The notes beneath the pieces were generated by a model. The model was not told the origin of the DNA. It did not search any database and saw nothing but the letters and a program-made list of their open reading frames with translations. From UHGV virus genome UHGV-1373753: a stretch of DNA of 36,558 nt. One strand, given 5' to 3'. Source of the stretch: a virus. Made by a program: the position numbers and the translations under genes. Every line of letters begins with the position of its first letter. Position 1 is the first letter of the stretch. Below, piece after piece: positions 35,119-36,558 of this stretch.

Positions 35119-35316
35119 ATGAAAATACTACTCGATAAGATCATGCACGATAAAAACCTATCTACTCGGCAAGTATCCATTGCAACTGGAATATCAAAAT
35201 CAACGATTAACCGCATTGCAAATGGTAAAATATCGCCGACAGCTGACACGCTGGAATTGCTTGCCAAGGGCTTAAAAGTCCGAATTTCCGACCTTATCGA
35301 CTCTCCATATCAATAA
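35119..35316 (+). CDS. XRE-family HTH transcriptional regulator (65 aa)
   Basis: LSTRQVSIATGISKSTINRIANGKISPTADTLELLAKGL is a Cro/C1-type HTH. Followed by hairpin GTCCCAcatcTGGGAC. Confidence 0.7.
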   Translation: MKILLDKIMHDKNLSTRQVSIATGISKSTINRIANGKISPTADTLELLAKGLKVRISDLIDSPYQ

Positions 35317-35420
35317 GTGTCCCACATCTGGGACGATTGTCCATTTTCGCGTAAGTTTCCCGAATTTTAACTGTTTATTTAATAGAGGGCAAAAACATTG
35401 CCACAAAATAACAGAACAAA

Positions 35421-35485
35421 TGTTCGAACAAAATATTGATTTTTGTCCCCTGAGATAGTATTATATGTTCAGGGATTTCGAACAA
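35421..35485 (+). promoter_or_regulatory. Operator-flanked promoter: palindrome TGTTCGAACA (35421-35430), -35 TTGATT (35436-35441), 17-nt spacer, -10 TATTAT (35459-35464), second site TTTCGAACAA (35476-35485)
   Basis: All elements read directly. The two TTCGAACA-containing sites bracket the promoter. Confidence 0.5.
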
Positions 35486-35512
35486 GTGTTTTTGCAGTTA
35501 GGGGGATCGCGA

Positions 35513-35611
35513 ATGGACTACAAAAAACTTATCATCGAATTGGTCAACAAGTCCAACAATATTGAGGTGTTGGAACTTGTGTACCGATTCTGCATAAAGC
35601 TTTTAGGCTAG
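35513..35611 (+). CDS. 32-aa ORF driven by the operator-flanked promoter
   Basis: ATG 35513 after TTAGGGGGATCGCGA. MDYKKLIIELVNKSNNIEVLELVYRFCIKLLG. Confidence 0.3.
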   Translation: MDYKKLIIELVNKSNNIEVLELVYRFCIKLLG

Positions 35612-35619
35612 GGGAAACC

Positions 35620-36000
35620 CTAGTCTTTTTTAATTAAGCTCTCTGCGAGCTTTTCTAGGACATCCCATTCACTTTCATCCAGCTTTGCAAGAGCTTCTAC
35701 TAATCTCTTTTTAAATGTATCGTTTTCCATTATAAGATCAGCAGCGAAGTCTGTAATCAACTGGTCTCTTGTCAACGGGATAAACATTTCACCGTTTCCG
35801 GTTCTTAACCATTTTTCGTTTACATTAAATTTTTCGCACATCAACCTATAAATCGGTTCCTGTTTCTCTGGATTTTTCAAACGGTTATTTTCAATATTAT
35901 TTATAACGTCTCTTTTTACTCCAAGAGCTTCACCGAATTCGGTCTGTGTCATATGTAATTGTTCAGTCCGGAGGAGTTTTATTCGCTCGAACATTTCCAT
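35620..36000 (-). CDS. XRE/cI-like repressor (HTH N-terminal domain plus C-terminal domain)
   Basis: ATG 35998-36000 after GGAGGTGATAGA. LHMTQTEFGEALGVKRDVINNIENNR is an HTH. 126 aa. Divergent from an operator-containing promoter. Confidence 0.7.
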   Translation of the reverse strand: MEMFERIKLLRTEQLHMTQTEFGEALGVKRDVINNIENNRLKNPEKQEPIYRLMCEKFNVNEKWLRTGNGEMFIPLTRDQLITDFAADLIMENDTFKKRLVEALAKLDESEWDVLEKLAESLIKKD

Positions 36001-36040
36001 TCTATCACCTCCTTGCAAAGTACATTATATCATAACTGCA

Positions 36041-36129
36041 TGAGTTTATCAACTCAAAAAACGAATTAATTTTTAAAAAATAGGGTTGACAAACTCTAAA
36101 AACGGATGTATTATGAGTTTACAAACTCA
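36041..36129 (+). promoter_or_regulatory. Divergent switch region: operators TGAGTTtatcAACTCA (36041-36056) and TGAGTTtacaAACTCA (36114-36129) around promoter TTGACA (36086-36091), 17-nt spacer, TATTAT (36109-36114)
   Basis: Two 16-bp sites with identical 6-bp inverted arms. The second overlaps the -10. Confidence 0.55.
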
Positions 36130-36160
36130 AACAACACAAACAAAAACTGAAAGTGAGGAA

Positions 36161-36442
36161 ATGGAAATGAAAATAAAAGAAGAATTTGGATTTTACATTA
36201 GAAAGACAGTTATAAAAAATCTGCTATCAGCTCACAGGAAGATAGCAGATCGTGGGAATGTGAAATCTCTTATTATTTTAACAAAATTTATTTTAAAGAT
36301 TTCCAATCAATTCAATGATATGTTGATTGATCTTGGGCTTGAAGAAAATGACAACAGCTCTGATAAACCGCCGGATACGTCCCGGCACTGCAATGCAGCC
36401 GAAGCCGGTTTCAAGCCCGGAAATGCAGAGGACAGAATATAA
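36161..36442 (+). CDS. Hypothetical protein (about 93 aa) transcribed from the switch promoter
   Basis: ATG 36161 (or 36167) after AAGTGAGGAA. The six-frame ORF's apparent start at 36086 is actually the -35 hexamer. Confidence 0.4.
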   Translation: MEMKIKEEFGFYIRKTVIKNLLSAHRKIADRGNVKSLIILTKFILKISNQFNDMLIDLGLEENDNSSDKPPDTSRHCNAAEAGFKPGNAEDRI

Positions 36443-36461
36443 GGAAGGAGGAGTGAAGAGA

Positions 36462-36558
36462 TGCATGAAATTTTTTGCACACGCAAAACATTTTTAAAAG
36501 GAGAATCCATCGCAGCAATATCTTTTGAGCTTCCCGAAAAAGAGTGGGAAGAATTGAA
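36462..36558 (+). CDS. 5' end of an ORF running off the window (hypothetical)
   Basis: ATG 36462 after AAGGAAGGAGGAGTGAAGAG. Open to the window end. Confidence 0.3.

Noticed and set aside
36086-36160. Six-frame ORF start 'MT…' at 36086 and ORF start at 33618
   Set aside because: The apparent start codons are the -35 hexamer TTGACA (36086) and the promoter region (33618-33750). The real starts are the RBS-preceded ATGs at 36161 and 33753.
1-36558. CRISPR array, rRNA, transposase or IS elements
   Set aside because: No spacer-repeat periodicity, no rRNA-like conserved blocks, and no transposase-like ORFs or terminal inverted repeats were seen on either strand.

Overview
The window is essentially one temperate siphovirus-type (pro)phage of a low-GC Gram-positive host (Firmicutes/Clostridia-like). 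The host call rests on consistent strong GGAGG-type Shine-Dalgarno sites and many ATGA stop/start overlaps. Gene order, left to right: Rha/KilAC antirepressor; an early recombination/replication module (Gp157, an ERF/Rad52-type annealing protein, NinB-like, RusA resolvase, a DnaD-like replisome organizer); an accessory block (orphan C5 cytosine methyltransferase, Cys-rich small proteins, DUF551); an ArpU-like late regulator; a hicAB toxin-antitoxin pair with a textbook sigma-A promoter; tRNA-Asn(GTT) preceded by a tRNA-like half-molecule; small and PBSX-type large terminase; SPP1-type portal; gp7/MuF minor capsid; scaffold; major capsid; connectors; major tail; chaperones; tape measure; Dit; a collagen-repeat Tal; holin; Amidase_3 endolysin; then a leftward large serine integrase. 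Right of the integrase lies an AT-rich 'moron' zone: a Uma2-family nuclease, a 355-aa membrane-anchored protein, and a strongly expressed small hydrophobic ORF that overlaps it convergently. Beyond that are XRE regulators and two operator-flanked promoters that look like a lysogeny switch. This suggests either a circularly permuted complete phage genome or a second adjacent element. Points worth a second look: a G9 homopolymer that truncates the portal ORF while a +1G frame gives a 50-aa portal-like tail; an in-frame TAG splitting a roughly 500-codon head-module structural gene; two candidate att sites for the serine integrase; and the candidate exclusion/defence cassette between int and the repressor. 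No CRISPR array, reverse transcriptase or rRNA was seen.
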